This document shows positions 22,647-24,282 of a stretch of DNA of 24,282 nucleotides, one piece after another. A program made the translations under genes and the position numbers. The notes beneath the pieces are model-generated. The model did not search any database, had not been told where the DNA came from, and worked only from the letters and a program-made list of their open reading frames with translations. The DNA lies in IMG/VR virus record IMGVR_UViG_3300028626_000223, positions 1 through 24,282 of that record. One strand, written 5' to 3'. The stretch's first letter is position 1. Each line of letters opens with the position of its first letter. The stretch is from a virus.

Positions 22647-24280
22647 AATATGGCCTCCAACCGCCCGCCAACATCCGCACGGACATACGCGGGCCCATTA
22701 TACGCACTACGGAAACCGACCCCCGCCTTCGCGCCATCCCTCCAATTACCACCGGCCAGCAGGACACCCGTCTGGCTGATGCCAGATTGATGACTGTAGA
22801 AGTAATCTGTTAGATACGTATTGCTCGCGCCGGATAATGCGCCCGGTACAAACATAGGTCCCAGTATGTTTCCTGAATCTCTCGCAAGTGCCGATACGTA
22901 TCCGTGGCAATAGTCCCCCTGGTCAGTTCCGCTGATGTTATCCACTCCGTTCAGTGGGATCGGGCTGGTGATCGACTCATATGATCCTGACGCCATGACA
23001 TCTGCAATCGTTCCGGTTCCATCACGGTTGAGGATTCTGTGAGATGTATCAGTTGTATTGTAACCGGGAATAAACTGCCAAACATTGCCCCATAGGTTTT
23101 CTATCCCTCTCCATGATACTGCCTGCACGTCTGTCGTTCCAACACTAGTACCGTTTGGTCGCTCAAATGCAGCAGCAGACCCAGATGCTAGCGGCCCTGT
23201 GTTTGCAGTATTTGTATATCCTGGGCCTACTTTGCTCTGCGAGTCAAACGAGGCATACTCGATATAAAACAACATTTGAAGCAAACAGAGCGTATGGAAA
23301 TTCATCAACCCCCATCCGGCCCCGATATTGTTGCCCCTTGATTCGAATGTTGCCATTGTCTGATTTGCTAGAGGAGTAGAGCCGGATTTGCTCCCGAGTT
23401 TACTCGATCCTGCATCATGAGCGTCGTAGGATCCGACATAGATTTGTTCCGCTGGTGACGCAGAATGCCCTCGTTGATAGAACGCCGGATGGAGGGAAAA
23501 CCCACTCGATGGTTCAGGTGAGACCAACCAATACCAGTCTCCATCATCGTAAATAAATTTGTCGTAAACTCTAGGCACTCGGGTCATAATGTAATCGTTT
23601 GTCAAAGTCAGCCCGTCGCCGCGTGCATTTGTACCGAACGTTGGCACACCAGCGGCAGAGAGTTGACACCGCCACATCTGGCCCCAAATCGCATGGGAAT
23701 CGAAAAATTTACTCCACCCGCCCAGATAAGGGGACGAAATCTCCTGTAGATCTTCATCTATTCGGGTAAGCGTGGGAGAATTGCTGGCAGAATTCCATTT
23801 CACGCCAATTATATCATTTATTCTCGGGACGCCTTTGAGGAAGTGGGAACGGGGTATTTTCCGATGTGCTGCAGCGGATTTGTCATAAATGGGTATAAAA
23901 TCGTCTTCTGCGATGGTTGTTTCAGCAATCAGATCGTTCGTCGCTTGCTGTGATCCGATTGTACCTCGGACGGTTGCTGCGTCTGCATCGTCAAGTATGG
24001 TCCGGGCAAATGCGGTTAAATCGGTTACTCCTGCCTGATCCTCTCCGGTAAAATATGGGAGTTTGTTTGCGTCACTTGTCACCCCTGCCAGAGCGGTGAG
24101 AGTCGCGTCTAATGGCTGTTTTGACGCAAACTCAATCCCCGACTTATCAGACTTTAACGCAAGCACTTGACCACCCGTTGCATCGTCAATACTCGGTAAT
24201 GCCTGTCCATTCCATTTCTCAATTGACCCACCACTGGTCAGAGTATACACGGGTGTTGCTGCGTTGTTGGTGCAGTTAGT
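22643..24280 (-). CDS. Tail fibre / receptor-binding protein with a C-terminal C-type-lectin-fold (Mtd-like) domain; 5' end lies beyond the window
   Basis: The frame stays open to the window edge (TNCTNNAATPVYTL...). It has the fibre repeat KQPLDATLTALAG...KLPYFTG, then WRGIENLWGNVWQF and the terminal GGNW...G..AG.....GGRL motif. Confidence 0.85.
   Translation of the reverse strand, partial: TNCTNNAATPVYTLTSGGSIEKWNGQALPSIDDATGGQVLALKSDKSGIEFASKQPLDATLTALAGVTSDANKLPYFTGEDQAGVTDLTAFARTILDDADAATVRGTIGSQQATNDLIAETTIAEDDFIPIYDKSAAAHRKIPRSHFLKGVPRINDIIGVKWNSASNSPTLTRIDEDLQEISSPYLGGWSKFFDSHAIWGQMWRCQLSAAGVPTFGTNARGDGLTLTNDYIMTRVPRVYDKFIYDDGDWYWLVSPEPSSGFSLHPAFYQRGHSASPAEQIYVGSYDAHDAGSSKLGSKSGSTPLANQTMATFESRGNNIGAGWGLMNFHTLCLLQMLFYIEYASFDSQSKVGPGYTNTANTGPLASGSAAAFERPNGTSVGTTDVQAVSWRGIENLWGNVWQFIPGYNTTDTSHRILNRDGTGTIADVMASGSYESITSPIPLNGVDNISGTDQGDYCHGYVSALARDSGNILGPMFVPGALSGASNTYLTDYFYSHQSGISQTGVLLAGGNWRDGAKAGVGFRSAYNGPAYVRADVGGRLEAIL
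22652..22786 (-). other. Putative DGR variable region
   Basis: 45 consecutive codons with no third-position A, versus 14 of the preceding 45. GC is about 65% versus about 48% just upstream. Putative variable sites are mostly NNT codons. Confidence 0.7.
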
Positions 24281-24282
24281 GA

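Larger units (their letters stand above)
1..24282 (-). mobile_element. Morphogenesis region of a tailed virus/provirus (Caudoviricetes, siphovirus-like), probably infecting an archaeon
   Basis: Canonical order protease-MCP-connector-neck-terminator-tube-chaperone-TMP-tail tip on one strand, with many 1- or 4-nt stop/start overlaps. No tail sheath gene is recognisable. The archaeal host is inferred from SD/TATA signals, ERCC4 and lack of an endolysin. Confidence 0.93.

Noticed and set aside
1-24282. DGR template repeat, reverse transcriptase, terminase, portal, sheath, integrase, tRNA, rRNA or CRISPR array
   Set aside because: None recognisable by eye in the sequence or ORF track. A scan for a second copy of the variable-region core found none.

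Overview
This is a 24.3-kb segment of a tailed dsDNA virus or provirus with an HK97-type capsid. No sheath gene lies between the neck and tube genes, so it is probably a siphovirus. The host is inferred to be an archaeon, plausibly an S-layer methanogen: GAGGTGA ribosome-binding sites, TATA-like boxes, an ERCC4/XPF nuclease, a secreted sequon-rich protein and no recognisable endolysin. This host call is inference, not proven. Almost everything is one tightly coupled minus-strand morphogenesis operon, in transcription order: tail fibre (5'-truncated by the window edge), fibre partner, 45-aa ORF, secreted protein, holin-like protein, two related unknowns, prohead protease-scaffold, major capsid protein, decoration and neck proteins, tail tube, tail chaperone, 2141-aa tape measure protein (TMP), and an AT-rich tail-tip module. 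A plus-strand ERCC4 nuclease gene converges on it. Terminase and portal are not in the window. Main discovery candidate: the TMP looks like a segmented effector-delivery polyprotein. Recurrent A-x-G-G/T motifs divide it, two of them an almost identical PR[RK]LAGGT conserved in protein but not in DNA. These motifs bracket an ADP-ribosyltransferase-like cassette and a GNAT acetyltransferase cassette, which would be ejected into the host at infection. Also notable: a DGR-type variable region at the fibre 3' end (45 consecutive codons with no third-position A; template and reverse transcriptase not in the window); a +1 TTT-CGC frameshift giving a G/GT tail chaperone pair; and a nested promoter plus internal start inside the protease gene. 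All family assignments are motif recognition by eye; no searches were run, and GC values are hand counts of sampled 60-nt lines.
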